A DNA stretch of 64,000 nucleotides, taken from contig MU054049.1 of NCBI GenBank assembly GCA_013239625.1, positions 1,863,892 through 1,927,891 on the forward strand. The letters are read 5' to 3'. The DNA is from Lama guanicoe (lineage: Eukaryota). The notes under the pieces are model-generated. The model made no database searches and was not told the DNA's origin. It worked only from the letters and a program-made list of their open reading frames with translations. Shown piece by piece: positions 44,050-58,232 of this stretch. Every line of letters begins with the position of its first letter. Position 1 is the stretch's first letter. The position numbers and the translations under genes are program-made.

Positions 44050-46450
44050 TACAACATTTTACTTTGAAATAGTTACAGATTCACAGGAAGTTGCAAAAAT
44101 AGTATAAGATGTCCAGTTTACCCGTCACCCAGTTTCCCTTAATGGTTACCTTTCATGTAACTACAGCACAGTACCAAAATCAGGAAATTAACACTGGTAC
44201 AGTGTGTGTGTGTTGTCCTATGCTATTTTATCATGTGTATGTTTGTGTAACCACCACCAAAATGAAGATACAGAAGTGTTCCACTGCGACCAAAATCTCC
44301 CTTGTGCTACTAATTCACAGTCACACTCTCCTTCTTCCAACTATCCCTAAACCCTAGCGAGCACCAATCTCTTTTCCACCCCTGTAATTTTGTCAGGTTA
44401 CACAAATGGAATCATATAGCATGTATCCTTTTAAGATTGCTTTTTTTCATCCAGTGTAATGCCCTTGAGATCTATTCAAGTTGAAGCATGTATCAATAGT
44501 TAATTCCTACCGCTGAGTAGTATTCCATAGTATGAATATGCCACAGTTTGTTTAACCACTTATCTGCTGAGGGGCATTTTGGTTGTTTCCAATTTTGGCT
44601 ATTACAAACAAAACTGCCTTTTACTCTCAATCTGCCTGTATTGTTATAATTTCTTGAAAGCGACATACAGTGTGTCATTTTTTAAGATACAATCTGTAAA
44701 TCTCTGTCTTTTTAAGTAGTGAATTTTGACCATTTACATTTAATCACTGATATGTCAGGACATAGTCATCTCATAATTTTCTCATTCACCTGTTTTCTTT
44801 CCCTTCATTCCTATGGGTTACTTGAACATATTTTAGAATTCCATTTTTACTTATCTAAAGTGTTTTTGAGCACATATCTGAACAGGTGTTTTAACTGGCT
44901 GCTCTAGGCATTTCATTAAATATTACTTATCACTGTTTCCTGGTGTCAACATTTTACATATTCCAGTAAAATACAGAAACTTAACCTTTCTAAGGCCCTT
45001 CCTTTACCCATTCCAATTATAATTTTCTTTAATATTTCCCTACACATATTGAGAAACACATTTGACAGTGTTATTTTTGAAAACAGTGAAAGAGAAAATG
45101 TCAAACAATTTAGAATTTTCAAGAAGAAAAGTCTACTATATTTACTATTATTTTCACTCTCTGTTTTTCTTTCATTCCTGATGTTCCAACATTCCATCTT
45201 TTATCATTTCCTTTCTGTTTCAAGAAATTTCCTTAGACATTCTTTTAGGATAGGTCTACTAATGACACATTCTCTTCCTTTCCTTCAGCTGAGAATGTCA
45301 TGGTTTCTTCTTCATTCTGGAAGAGTATTTTCAATGGATATACACTTCCGTGTTGATAGTTCTTTTACTCTTTAAAAAATATTGTGTCACTTCTTTCTGG
45401 CCTCCATATTTTCTGATGAGAAATCCACTGTCATTTGAACTGTTTTCCCCAATAGGCAATGTTTCAGTTCTTTCTTGAAGCTTTCAAAACTTTTTCTTTG
45501 CCTTTAGTTTGAAGACATTTGACTATGATACATCTTGGCATGGATTTCTTTGAGTTTACCTTGTAAGAGATTTGCTCAGCTTCCTGATGTCTTTTTGTCA
45601 AATTTGGGAAATTTTCAGCTATTATTTCTGATTTTTTTGATGTTAAGTATTTTTTTCAGCCCTGCCCCTTTTCTCCTCTTTTTTAATTGTTCTACAGGTC
45701 CCTAAACTGCTTTTTTTTTTAAAGTCTATTTTCTTTCTGTTGTTCAGACTAATTCTTTTATTCTTTCGCAAGTTCACCAGTTCTTTCCTCTGTCATCCCC
45801 ATTCTCGATTAAGCCGATTCACTGCATTTTTTTAAAAAAATCAGGTATTGTATTTTTCAGTTCTAAAATTTCCATTTAGTTCTTCTCTATAGCTTCTATT
45901 TCTTTGCTGAGACTGTCTATTTTTCCATGTGTTTCAAGCAGGTTTGTAATTGTTTATTGAAGCCTTTTTGTGATGGCTGCTAGATCATTCTAATATCTGT
46001 GTTATCTCAGGGTTGGTGTCTGTTGATTGTCTTCTCATTTCAGTTGAGATTTTCCCAGTTCTTGGTGATGAGTGATTTTTTCATTGGAACCTGGATATTG
46101 TGGGTATTATGAGACTTTGGATCTTATTCAGATCTTGTTTCAGCAGGCCTTCTATAACAGAGGAAGGGAGCGCTGTCCCATTACTATCAGGCAGGAGTGG
46201 AAACAGAGGTGCTTTACTGCCTTTGTTGACTTTTAAGGCAGGGAGAGGGAAAGGCAACTTGATATCTCTGGGTGGGGTGGGCGAGCGCTCAGGCTCCCCA
46301 CCAGGCCTCTGTTGATATCACCCTGGTGCCATATTTTTCCAACGGCCCCACAGACCCTAGCTGATCAGTCTTTTCTCTACCTATCAGAGTCTAATGCTTT
46401 CATACTGTCCAGTTTTTAGCTGTATTTGCAGGAGGGATAAGGAGAAGTGT
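44050..46450 (-). mobile_element. Old LINE-1 composite: 3'UTR (about 44050-44615) joined to ORF2 start, ORF1 and 5'UTR remnants
   Basis: T-rich strand with L1M 3'UTR strings followed by reverse-complemented ORF1-like strings (tctgatgagaaatccactgtc, aaatttgggaaattttcagctattatttc). Confidence 0.75.
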
Positions 46451-47006
46451 CTACCCAAACATTTTTAACCTAAAGACATTTAACCTTAAGTGTCTAAATA
46501 GGCTGACAGCTTCTTCTCCTTGGGTACCTGTTCTTGTCTTTTAAAGTTGACATATGAGTAGCTGCTGCCATGCTTTGCTGGCTGTCACAAGCTTTAAAAT
46601 ATCACTTATTTATCTGATGAAGCATTATTGCACCGGACTTCTTCACAACTGTCAACACTTCAAACCTATGTCTAACTGTTGCTTTGAAAACATAAATGAG
46701 AACATAAAAAATGTCATTTGAGAATATAACCAACCCAACTACTGTTTGAGATGGAATGCATAATTTAAAAAGCTAGCATGATCTTATGCCCTCTCATATA
46801 TTATTAGAATATTTATGTAAATCTTACCTTTTACAAATTATTATGTACTATTTATTAACCTGTACAATTTATTAATCTATATAATGCAAACCAAGATATA
46901 AGTAATAAGTTTTAAAAATATGAATTGTTGCTTAACTTCAAGGGACACAATAGCCTTAAATAATAAATATTTATAATCTGTCATATATTATCTATTTATA
47001 AGAATA

Positions 47007-47024
47007 ATGATGATGATGATGATG
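47007..47024 (+). repeat. (ATG)6 microsatellite
   Basis: Read directly; explains the poly-Met ORF start. Confidence 0.9.
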
Positions 47025-48339
47025 ATTATAAAGAAATTAAGCATTGACATGATAATAAAAAGGAAAACATCACTAAATTCTTCCACCAAGCAGAGCTCTG
47101 CCCCCTATTGGACAGTCTGCATAGACAATTATATATGGCAACTGCTTCTCTGTGCGTGTATGAGTGTATTCTGCTCTAGTCCTAAAAGTTCAGTATGTAT
47201 ATGTTTCATTCAGAATTGACACAAAGATTTTCAAAATTTTAATACTATTTTATTCATTTCCTCTCTTCAGACTCTAGACTGCTCATCCATTCAATTAGCC
47301 AGTAAACAAATATTTGAGTAACTATTTTATGCCAGACACTGTGTCAGGACTGAGCACAGAATTGTAAACAATAACAGATGTGATCACTGACCTCATGAAT
47401 TTCAAAGCAGAAAGCCCTATGCTCTTTCTGTGATCCCTCCAATAAATACATCAGCCCTCACCTTGAAGGATAATAATTATTGCCATTTCATCATAGTGAC
47501 TGTGGAGAAGCTATCTTTCTTCCTTTGCAGATGGAAACAGGAACAAACTACTAAAATAAAGTAACTGAATTTGTCAAATGTTGAAAACATTATGAATGAT
47601 TTAAGTATCTAGAAGCGTACAAATAGAAAAGTTTTCTACTTATTTCTTCTTTCTCTGAATGCTTGATCAACCAAATCTGTGAATTGTGCTCTAATATTAA
47701 AGACATATGCATACATGACTAGGCACTAAATAAAGACTGAAAGAAAGTACTAAATAAACACTAATTACTGACATTTGAATGAATAGTGAAAATTTGTAGC
47801 TGGTAAAACTAGAAAACTAGTCTTATTTCAATAAAGGAGAAAATTTCCATAGATCTGCTTCTTCAGATAGTTTACAGGACTCAGTTTTTTCAAATATAAC
47901 AAACACTTCAAGTCACTCCACTTTATCTCTTAGTGTAAACCTAGGTAGATTCTAGTAAAAATGTTAAAAGTTACTAAGACCCTTCTTTAATGTAAACTTT
48001 CAAAAGAGTTTACATAAAAGGTCTAGAATGTTAAATTTTAGTAAATAATTTTTTAACATAAAAAGTATATCATGCCAAAATCTAAATAGAGAAGAGGAAA
48101 AAACTCATAATCCTATGATCCTGAAGTTAATATAACCATTTAGGTGTTTGTTATACTTAGGAATTTGTTTTTCTTCTCACACAGAAAAAAATCATGTTGC
48201 TCTAACATATTTGTATATTTTTTTATTAGACAAAAGAATTTTCCACTTCACTGTATAGTCTTCATAAACATCACTAGAAACAAAATGTTTTTTAAAGTCA
48301 TGTTTTTCCACAGTGGAAAATTAACATAAACAAAAAAAT

Positions 48340-50968
48340 AAGCACCACCCATAAACCCATTATCAAGAGACACATGGCTGACATTCTGTCATATATCCTT
48401 CCAGTTTGTATTCTGTTTTCATTTACATAGTGGACATTTTCCTATGTAAATAAATATAATCCTAGATCACCATTTTCAATAGCTGAGTATTGTTATACTA
48501 TTTGGACACAACCACAACTTATTCCTCCAATCTCTTATGACAGATTTATAGGTGGTTGTCAATTTTCCACCCTTAAAGTTACCAGTGCAATGAATAGCCT
48601 TGTATATACATCTTTCTGCAACTATTTAAATATCTCTATAAGTGGAAATGCTGTATCAAAAGCATAAGCTTTTTTTTTTAAGGTTTTTGAAATATGCTGC
48701 CCAATCACCTTCCAGAAAGGTTCAATTTATATCGTAGTACTGAATAAGAAAGTACTCAACTCCATACCTTACCAACACTGTGAATTCTCAGATTCTTGTT
48801 TTATTTGCAACTTGATAGGCTAAAATGACACCACTATTATTTTATGTTTCTTTGATTACTAATGACGTTGATTTTTTTATCCCCACATATACAAACCCCT
48901 CTGTGATGAGCTTCAATCCTCCTTTTCTATTAATTTTTAAGTAATATGTGAATGCATTCTTGCCTTGAAAATGTCAAACAATTCAGCTGAAATCAAAGTT
49001 CTTCTTGACCACAAATGCCCAATTCCAAACTACTCCTCAGACATAAACAGATGCTCATCTCCTCTCCAAACTTCTTCTAAGCATTTCTACATATGTGCAC
49101 ATGGAAATTTAGTTCTCTGTTACATTAATTTTTAAACTAAATGGTAAACTTTTTCCAATTTGTTTTTTTCCTTATGAGAAAGCCATAGAAATCTTTCCAT
49201 ATAACAGAATAATAAATGCTACACAGTATTCCACAATGAATGTATAATTTTAACTATTCCCTATTGATTCCCATTTTTCCCAGCATCATGAAAAATTTCA
49301 AAAATACAGCAAAACTAAAATAACTATACTCTGAACACCCATATACTTACTAATTTCTAGAATTAACATTTTACTATATTTTTATCGCATCTCTATACAT
49401 CCATTAATTCATTTTTAATGCATTTTGAAATAAATTGGGGTATCAGTACATTTTATCCCTGATCACTTCAGCCTGCATATAATTTATTATTTGTTTACAG
49501 GTTTTTTTCATTTTGAGGTCAAATGTACATTCAGTGAAATAAACTAACCTTAAGTGTACATTCAATGAGACATTACAAATGCATACACCTCATAACCCCT
49601 ATCAAGATATAGGATATCACCCTAGAAAGTTCCCTCATGCCCCTTCAGGCAATACCTGAGAGACTACCACTGTCCTGAATTTCTTTCTGCCATAGATTAG
49701 TTTCACCTCTTGTAAGACTTCATATATTGGAAACATGTGACATGTACTGTTTTACGTAAGTTTGTTTTTTTTCCCTCAGCACCACGCTTCTGAGATGCAT
49801 CTATGTTGTGTGTATGTGATTTTGTTCCTCTTTATTATTTTATTCTATTGTATAATTATACCACAATTTGTTTATTCATTTTGCTGTTGATAGACAATTG
49901 GGCTACTTCCACGTTTGGGCTATTATAAGTAAAGCTGCTATAAATAGTCTTCTATAAACAAAGGATTTTTGTGTACACATATTTTAATTTCTCTTTGGTA
50001 GGTATAGAAAGGAATGAAATGAATGGGTCACAGAGCAGTAAATGTTCAGTTTTCTAAGGAACTGCTAGACCTTTTTCCAATGTGTTAGAACCATTTTACA
50101 CGCCCAACAACAAAGTCTGAGAGTTCCAGGTGCTCCACATCTCTAGCTACATCTGTTCATTTTAGTTTTAGCCTTTCTAGTGCCTGTGCACTACTATCTC
50201 ATTCTAGTTTTAACTTGCATTTCTCCAATGACATAAGATATTGAGCATTTTTAATGTGCTAATTGATCAGTTGTATATCTTTGTGATGCATCTTTTAAAC
50301 TCCTTTGCTCATATTTTTTAAGTTTATTTATTTAATTATTTTTTTTTAGTGGGAGAGGTAATTAAGATTATTTTGTATTTATTTATTCTTAGAAGAGGTA
50401 GTGGGGATTGAACCCAGGACCTCATGCAACCTAAGCATTCGCTCTAACACTTGACCTATACCCTCCCCCACCTTTGTTCATTTTTTTAATGGGGTGGTTT
50501 GTCTTTTTTTTTTAATTGAGTTCTTCATATAGTCTAAATACAACTCCTCTGTCAGAAAAATACTTTGCAAATATTTTCTCCCTCTCTTTAGCTTGTCTAT
50601 TCATTTTCTTAATGTCTTTTGATAAGTATTTATTAATTTTTTCTTTTATGGTTAATGCTTTCTGTGTCCAAAGAAATCTTTGTCTATCCCCAAGTCTCAA
50701 AAATGCTTTCCTCTAGAAGCTTTATGGTTTTGGCTTTTGCATTAAGTTATTTTCTGTGTATGCTGTGTACAAAGAGTTGACGTTCGTTTTTTTTCCCATA
50801 TGGATAAAGTTTTCCCAGTTTTCCCAGCTCCATCTGTTGAAAGATGTTTTCTTCCCAAAGCCCCATTGGATTGCTTTGGCACCTTTGTTTAAAATTATAT
50901 AACTGTATAGGCATGGGTCTTTTTCTGGGTTTTCCATGGATCAACTTGATTGTTATGCCAGCACCACA
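48340..50968 (-). mobile_element. Array of old L1 (L1MB/ME-type) 3' fragments
   Basis: Repeated reverse-complemented L1 3' strings (accattttacacgcccaacaacaa, ttttaacttgcatttctcc, tactttgcaaatattttctccc). Internal boundaries unresolved. Confidence 0.65.
50313..50469 (-). mobile_element. tRNA-derived SINE (vic-1-like) nested in L1
   Basis: ggggattgaacccaggacctcatgc. TSD cctttg(c/t)tcat at 50302..50312 and 50471..50481. Confidence 0.87.
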
Positions 50969-50969
50969 C

Positions 50970-51185
50970 TGTATCAGTTTCCTTGGGCTGCTGTAACTAA
51001 GTATCACAAACTGAGTGGCTCAAAACAAAAGGGTATTTCTCGCTGTTCTGGAGGCTAGAATTCCAAAATCAAGGTGCTAATGGGATCATATTCAATCTGA
51101 AGGCTCTCAGAAAAAATCCTTCTCGGTCTCTTCCTAGCTTCTGGTACCTAAGTGCAATCCTTGGAATTCCTTGGCTTTTAGACGC
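50970..51185 (-). mobile_element. MLT1-family LTR fragment
   Basis: tgtatcagtttccttgggctgctgtaactaagtatcacaaactgagtggctc. Confidence 0.75.
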
Positions 51186-54100
51186 TTTCAGCAAAGAGTA
51201 GCTACTTTTATGATGATGATGCATATTGTGCCCTCTGTCTTATTTAACCTTTCACTACAGTTAAACCACAAATTACGTGTCAAGACTTCATTCACGTCCC
51301 CCTGTAAAGCCTTCCCTGACTTTCTTAATTGCTCCTTCCTCTGTGACTCCATAGTCACAGGCACATATCAGTGGTCCATACTTATTACGGTTTATTATAA
51401 TTATTTACTTACATGTTTTTCTCCTCTCCTTCTTTACTCTATGACACTGCAAAAGCCAGGATTGTATTTTATACATCCTGTTTTCTAGTACCAAGTGTAA
51501 AATTTAGTACTCATTACTACTTGCTGAACAGAGTTGATGAAAATTTAAAAATTACATTTTATCCTGAAAGTAGCCCTGCAATAGAGAAAGCATATAAGGA
51601 TATGTGGAGAAACTAAAGCACAGAGAAAGTAAAGCCAATTTCCCACATTTAAGCTTAGTGGCATACATTGGAACTAGGTGCCAGGACTTTTCTTCCTGGG
51701 TTCGCAAGGAAAGGTATTTTAGAGAACGGAGCAATTGGCCAAGAAACTGGAATGGAAGACTACAGTTACAGGCCCAGATCCACATTTTCTCTTTGTAGAA
51801 AAATCTCCAAATTCTTTAATTCCTTATCATAATAAGGATAATTCTAACTCTGTTTAACTTACAGAGCTATGAAGGCTCAGATTTAACAATGTTTTATGAA
51901 TTCTAAACCTCATATATAAATGGAAAGTATTATTACCTAATGGGCCAGTAATTCATGACCTTTCTGGAGCCTCCTCCCTTTTTCAACACCCCCACATCAA
52001 TTAACTGCCAAGCCCTACTGATTGATCCAGCAGGGCCTCACATATTTATTACCTCCTAATCACCACTAAAATACCCTGACTCAGCCCCTCATCCAGTCTC
52101 ACCAAGATCACTGGGATAATCTAACTGCTGCCCTGCTGCTAGCCCACCTTCTGTTTCTGCCCAAGTACACCCTGGTGTGTCCCTGTTCCACCTGAAAGCT
52201 TTCAATAGCCTTTCCTTGCTTGCCTTTTCAGTACAGTGCAAACTCCCTGAATTAATAATCAAGCTATCTGGCCCTAGATGCTGGTCTAGTCTCATTTAGC
52301 ATACACACACATTCCCTCTCTCTCTCCCAAACAACCGCCTATGCATTTTACATACGAGACATTTCAGCAATTTACTCTTCTCTAGCAACTGCCTGGGCTT
52401 CCACAAATGCAATCTGTGCTATGCCTGGAATTTCTTTCCTCCTCTACTCTAAAACTTGCCTAACCTTTTAATGTCTTACTCAAGCAACACACTGCTTCAA
52501 ATTCTAGCCAAGTTGACTCACCAGCTAGAAGGTAACTCTCCCTCTTGTAATTTATCTGTATGTTTTTTCACAAGACACTTAAGACTTCTTGCTTTATGTT
52601 GTAGTTATTTATGGACATGCGTTCTAGGGCTTTACTTGAAGTTCCTTTCATACATGATTTATATCGACTCACTATGCCAGAACATATTCATATGTAATGT
52701 TCGCACTAAAAATATTTGTTCAGCTAACTGACACTTCCTGTCACAGCTAGGTAATTTTAAAAAGCACATGCTCTTCCTTCTCCCTACTGCCTATCAGAAT
52801 CTCCACTGCTTAGCACAAATACCAGAGTTTTTGTTTTTGTTTTTTAAAGAAAAGTAAGTTAAGCTGCATATAGACTGAGCTTTCTGTAATATACCTAAAA
52901 AACTTACTGGAGCTACCTCCAGAGCTTCGCATGTCTGAGAGACAGGTTCATATTTCAAAAATTAAAAAGAGCCTAAATCAGAATTATTAAGATCTCCAGA
53001 TTCACCTTTTCTTCAGGTATGTTTTTAGACTACAGAAATTAAACATCAGAGGGAAAAAAATAATTATAGCACTAATTATGTAAGGGTGAAAAAATCAACT
53101 GGAGAAGGTGAATGTTTCTAACATTTACTTGTGCACGATTCAGGCTGACACTTTGAAGAGCAGAATGTGACAGCTTACAAGAAAACAAACTCACTCATTC
53201 CCCTTAATTTCTGAAAGCTCATGCAAGTCTGACAGGCCAACCACAGGGTGATCTCTCATGTGTATCACCCATGACAATTATGGCTTCTATAAAAATGATC
53301 TCCATATTTTAATAAAGTCCAATTGGTTTTCAGGAAAAGAGTCTAATATTTTCATATTTAAGCAGGCACATTTCACAAATTCGTGAGCTGTTTTGTGGAC
53401 CTAAGTAAGACTGTCCAAAAATTTTATCTTATAGAAACAAAAGAGATACAAAATGAATATAGTGGCGGAGGGCAAGGCTATACGAAAGGCTGAGTGCTAA
53501 CAGGGGTCAGCAGTGGTGACACAGGGAAAAGGGCTGTGCTGAGAAGCCACCCTGTCTCTGTACCATTATTCAGTTTGGTTTTCCTCTTTAAACAGCTATT
53601 AAGAGCTTCCTAAGGAATTTTCAAAATGCTATGACTCAAATCTGAGAAGCACTGATAAAAATCACAGCTCATTATGAGCACTTGAAATGATTTGTTTTAA
53701 GGATAATACCAAAGAGCCTTTAAAGTATTTGTCTTGTAACTTACACTGGAAATAATCTGTATTTGTCATTAAATTAATTTGACAGTTGTTTAATATGGGC
53801 TGCTACAGACATATTTTTTCCTCCCCATCAATGGTTGCCAGCAGGACAAAAAGAGTGCTAAGTATTAAAATCTCCTTTTATTCTTAATCTCCAACCCCAT
53901 TGCCAAACTCCTATTAGCCAGTAAAGGGAAGAAGAGGAAGTGAGGAATGAAGTGAGAAAGAGCCCTCCTGCTGGTCCTCATCACCACTCCATTTTCAATC
54001 TCTCCCAACTGCTGTTCTGTTTCTCAGGACAGAACTCTGCACGAATTTCTCACTTCAGGAAACATGTCATCAGTGGCTTAAAATTCATGGGCGTTTGTAG

Positions 54101-55093
54101 GTGGCTATGGAAATTTCACCATCATGTACTCCAAAACCCAAATAATTAACAACTAATCTGGGAATACAATCAATTTAGGAAGAACACCTTTCATCCAGTT
54201 CTTGAAACAAAATTTGCCTCTAATCAAAAACAGTCACACTATTTCCTACACAAATTTCATTAGATTAAACATGAGGAATAACATTGTGTGGGTTTATGAA
54301 ACATGAAGGAAGCTCTTCTCTAAACAGTATTTACTGATAATCGCTATCTTTTCTGATGCTAATAATAAAATGCACAAAGTATTCTTGCCTTAGAAAGGAC
54401 AAAATGTAACACAACCTCATTATCCTCTGTCTCCAAAGAAAAATTTACTTCTCAATACTGTAATAGTAAATGATTATTCTTTAGGGAATAATCCCAGACT
54501 GGCACAAGATGCTCTGATAGGTCTTTCTCATCTCTCACTTCTATTACTGTATAACTTCATGGCTATATCCATCAATCACTTTAGCAAACATCACCGAACT
54601 GCAATGCTATTACACACAAGCCAACAGATATTTTCAATACCATATAGTCACACTATTATCCATCTTCTATAGACAGGCTCTCAAACTCCACATGACAAGA
54701 TTTCAGAGAAATAGCTAATGGTTAATGTAAGATTTCTAGTCCTAGAAGTAAAATGGACTTAATTTGTCTAAGAAAAATAAGCGAACAATAACTTCATTCT
54801 TTTGCTATAGTTAATAGTTTTAAATTTTATGAGAATATTTTTGAACTATAAGAAATACTTTAAAATGACTTATTTTTACTTTTAACTAATTTTTAAGACA
54901 GTTCAATGACAGCTTCTCACACTCACACCACTAGGAAAATAATTTGTCACACCAATCAAGTAATGTACATACATACATATTGTAATGTTTAATTCTTGAA
55001 TTATCCAGTATGAATTAATAATCAATATTCTAGTTCAAACTTCACTCTCACCAATAAGGATGAAACTAACATAATTTTTCCCAAAAGGTTCAA

Positions 55094-55111
55094 GGGCACC
55101 CCCTGGTGGAA
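55094..55111 (-). promoter_or_regulatory. Candidate CTCF motif TTCCACCAGGGGGTGCCC
   Basis: Matches the core CCACCAGGGGGCGC except C to T at the CpG position. Motif match only. Confidence 0.4.
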
Positions 55112-55369
55112 GGCTTTTTAGAGGAAAACAACACAAATGCATTAGTAGTTAAAACAAATGCCATTCCAACGAAAATATCTTTTTAAAAAATTGACCAAGT
55201 TCTACCCGGCAACTCAATTATTTCAGATAATATCCAATCTAGAAAAAATTCAAAATATGATCAAAGAATGCTGAAGTTCCCTGTGAGGAGATCTGAGCAG
55301 CAGGAGCTTCCAGGTAGCTGGATTAGCAAGATGTCAGTTTGCAGAAGAAACTTTATAGATAATCTAGTT

Positions 55370-55550
55370 CAGTGTAGAACAGAACTTTCTGTGCTGTCCA
55401 AGACAGCAGCCACAGCCACATGTGTTGATTGAGAATTCGAAATGCAGCCAGTGTGACTGAGCAACTGCATTTCAAATTTTACTTCATTCTAGTTAATTTC
55501 CATTTAAATTGCATATATGGCTATTGGCTATTGTTTGCACAACACAGATC
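55370..55550. mobile_element. MER3-like hAT-Charlie MITE
   Basis: tgctgtccaagacagcagccacagccacatgtg...agtgtgactgagcaactgcattt...atggctattggcta. Confidence 0.7.
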
Positions 55551-56591
55551 CAGTTCTACTTGTTCCTTCACTCCAATGAAATAGACACGAGAGCAATCCA
55601 AGGAAGAGTCAGCGGTTTCTAGACATATGTACAGCTGATAATGCAAATGCATATAACTAAACCTGCACCTTTTTGTTTGGGGATTTTTAAAGACACTGAA
55701 TTTTATTCCACCCCATTGGGCTATTTCTGGTAACTGCAATTCAGTTGAAAATAGATGAATTTGAAAATGGTCAAATATTCCTTTTGAAATAAGTTCTGGC
55801 TTTGTAGCCTATATAAAATGGAAGACATGTGACAAATGGTATAGCATTTAGCTACATCAAATGCGACAGATTACAAACTCAGGCTCGATCTATCATCTGG
55901 GACATTCATTCTTTTCTTAACATGTAGAGAATAAAAAGGTAAATGGGCCCCTGAACTGTGGATTAGCTGAGCTCAGGAGTCCAGAAAGAGAACAGCTCAA
56001 CAGGTCCAGACTCCACTTTATCCTCAAGTTAGTTACATGTATTGTTAGTATGATGAAATTTAGTTCCAGCGTATATTGAGTATCCACTTTGCAAGGACAT
56101 CACATTGAGCACTGTGAGGAATAAACACAAGGGTAAATAATGCAAGGTCTCTGTCCTCTAGAACCTTACTACTTCATAGGGTAAAAATGGCATATAAACA
56201 GTCATAATGGTTTATGTGTACATACCTCACCTTTCCTACCAACTTCCAATCCCAACCGGTCGACTATCACTTTACACAAATGATTCCTAAATCTTTCAGT
56301 GAGAGACTGTGGCTTAAGACCCACATTCTGCGTGCTGATCTACTCTCCTTAAATATCCTGAAGTCAGTTCAAGAAACATTTACTGAGCACCAGTCATAAA
56401 CTAGAAAACAGTAAGATGCCCTGGAGAAGTTCAGGATCCTGAAGGATGCATATGTTTCATAGACAGATCATGCCTTACGTGGTGAGTGCATGCAGGTACA
56501 CACAGGTCCTACTGTGAGCACAGAGAGGAGTTCTTAGTAGAGGCTGGGAGGACAGAAAAGAGTTCTCAGAGGAGCTAAAGGCTGAGCTGGA

Positions 56592-56742
56592 GGGGGAGGG
56601 TATATAGCACAGTGACTATACAGAGCGCCTGCTTAGCATGCGTGAGGTCCTGGGTTCAATCCCCAATACCTCCATTAAAAAATACATACATATGTACATA
56701 CATACAAACATACATAAACACACACTTCAAAAAAAAGACTGA
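56592..56742 (+). mobile_element. tRNA-derived SINE (vic-1-like) with (TACA)n-derived tail
   Basis: B box ggttcaatcc. TSD aaag(g/a)ctgagct at 56577..56588 and 56743..56754. Confidence 0.85.
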
Positions 56743-57152
56743 AAAGACTGAGCTAGGAGCAAGCCAACAGCATGCAGACAACCATAAGCAATTCAGAGTC
56801 ATTAGAATATCAGATTTGGAACAGGGAAGTGGCAAGAAATGATGATGGAGAAATGAGCAGAGACAAGGTCATGTAATACCATAAATATCACCCAACAGAA
56901 CTGAAAATAGATGAGGTGCCACACAGGATTTGAAGATGTATGCTTCAGATAGCTTACTGTGTGTAAGCAGCATGAAGGATGGATTTGAAGGGAGCACCAC
57001 TGAACATGGGGGCCAGCTGGATGACTGCGGTAATATACCATCTGGGTCATGATGACAGCGTGGATTAGACAATTGTAATAGAAATAGAGGTGAGTCTCAA
57101 GAAGTGTTTAGGAAGTAATATTATTGTGTCTTAATATAAGAAGCTGACAGAG

Positions 57153-57498
57153 GGAAAGGTATAGCTCAAGTGGTAGAGCACATGCTTAACATGCACAAGG
57201 TCCTGGGTTCAACCCCCAGTAACTCCTCTAAAAATAAATAAATGAATAAACCTAATTACCGCCCCCACACAAAAGAAACAGAAAACCTTAAAAAAAAATA
57301 CTAATAAATATCACATCTAGCCCCATTTCCTCATTTTGCTTATAAAAAAAATACCACTACCACCCTTCAAAAAATAAGAAGGAAGTAGACCCAAAAAGGT
57401 ACAAAGACTGTCAAAGGTTCAGCAGATCAGGGGCCAGCACCCAACCCTAAGTAGAAAAGAAAAAGAGAAAGAGAAAGAAAAGAAAAAGAAAGAAAAGA
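57153..57498 (+). mobile_element. tRNA-derived SINE with about 150 nt of extra 3' sequence and a second A-rich tail
   Basis: Perfect 15-bp TSD aagaagctgacagag at 57138..57152 and 57499..57513 brackets the whole unit. Confidence 0.88.
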
Positions 57499-58090
57499 AA
57501 GAAGCTGACAGAGAGAAGGATCTGAAGATAAAGATCTGAGTGTGCCCGGCTTCAAGTGGTATTTAACACTCTCAATACTCTGTTAAGCAATAGGGACGTA
57601 ACAAAGAACAAATACAGCCTCCTTCAAGGAAGAATATAAGAGATGGACAAGTAAAAAGTCAATAACAGGAGTGACAGCTATGCTGAACACTACAAGACAA
57701 GCAAGCGTTAACCAGGCATCAGGGGAAGAAGGATGTGGCCAGACAAGATACGGCGACATATGTCTCCTAAAGTATAATTCTGCTTTTGCACATGCTGAGT
57801 TTGAGGAGTGGAATGAGACTAGCTTTTCCCTTGAATAACAAGAAAAAAATGAATGAATAATTCCGAAAACCTAAAATGAAGGAAATGGAAGAATCTACCT
57901 TTTAGATGGTCTCAAATCCCTTGATGAGGTGTGAAGTAGGAGCAGGTGGATAGTAGAGCATGGGTGAAGATTAGATAAGCAATGAAAAGGTTTAGAACCA
58001 TAGAGTAATGAGGAAATACATAAAAGATGGTATAAAGAACCAAAGGCCAAGTTCAGATTCAATAATATGAACTCTCCATAAGGCCTGTTA

Positions 58091-58232
58091 GTGGGGAGGG
58101 TATAGCTCAAACGGTAGAGCGCATGCTTACTTAGCACGCACAAGGTCTTGGGTTCAATCCCACTACCTCTTCCAAATATAAATAAATAAATAAACCTAAT
58201 TACCTCCCCCTCATAAAAACAAACAAAAAAAG
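58091..58232 (+). mobile_element. tRNA-derived SINE (vic-1-like)
   Basis: A and B boxes, tail aaacctaattacctccccc. Degenerate TSD cataaggcctgtta / cataaggtctatca. Confidence 0.88.
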
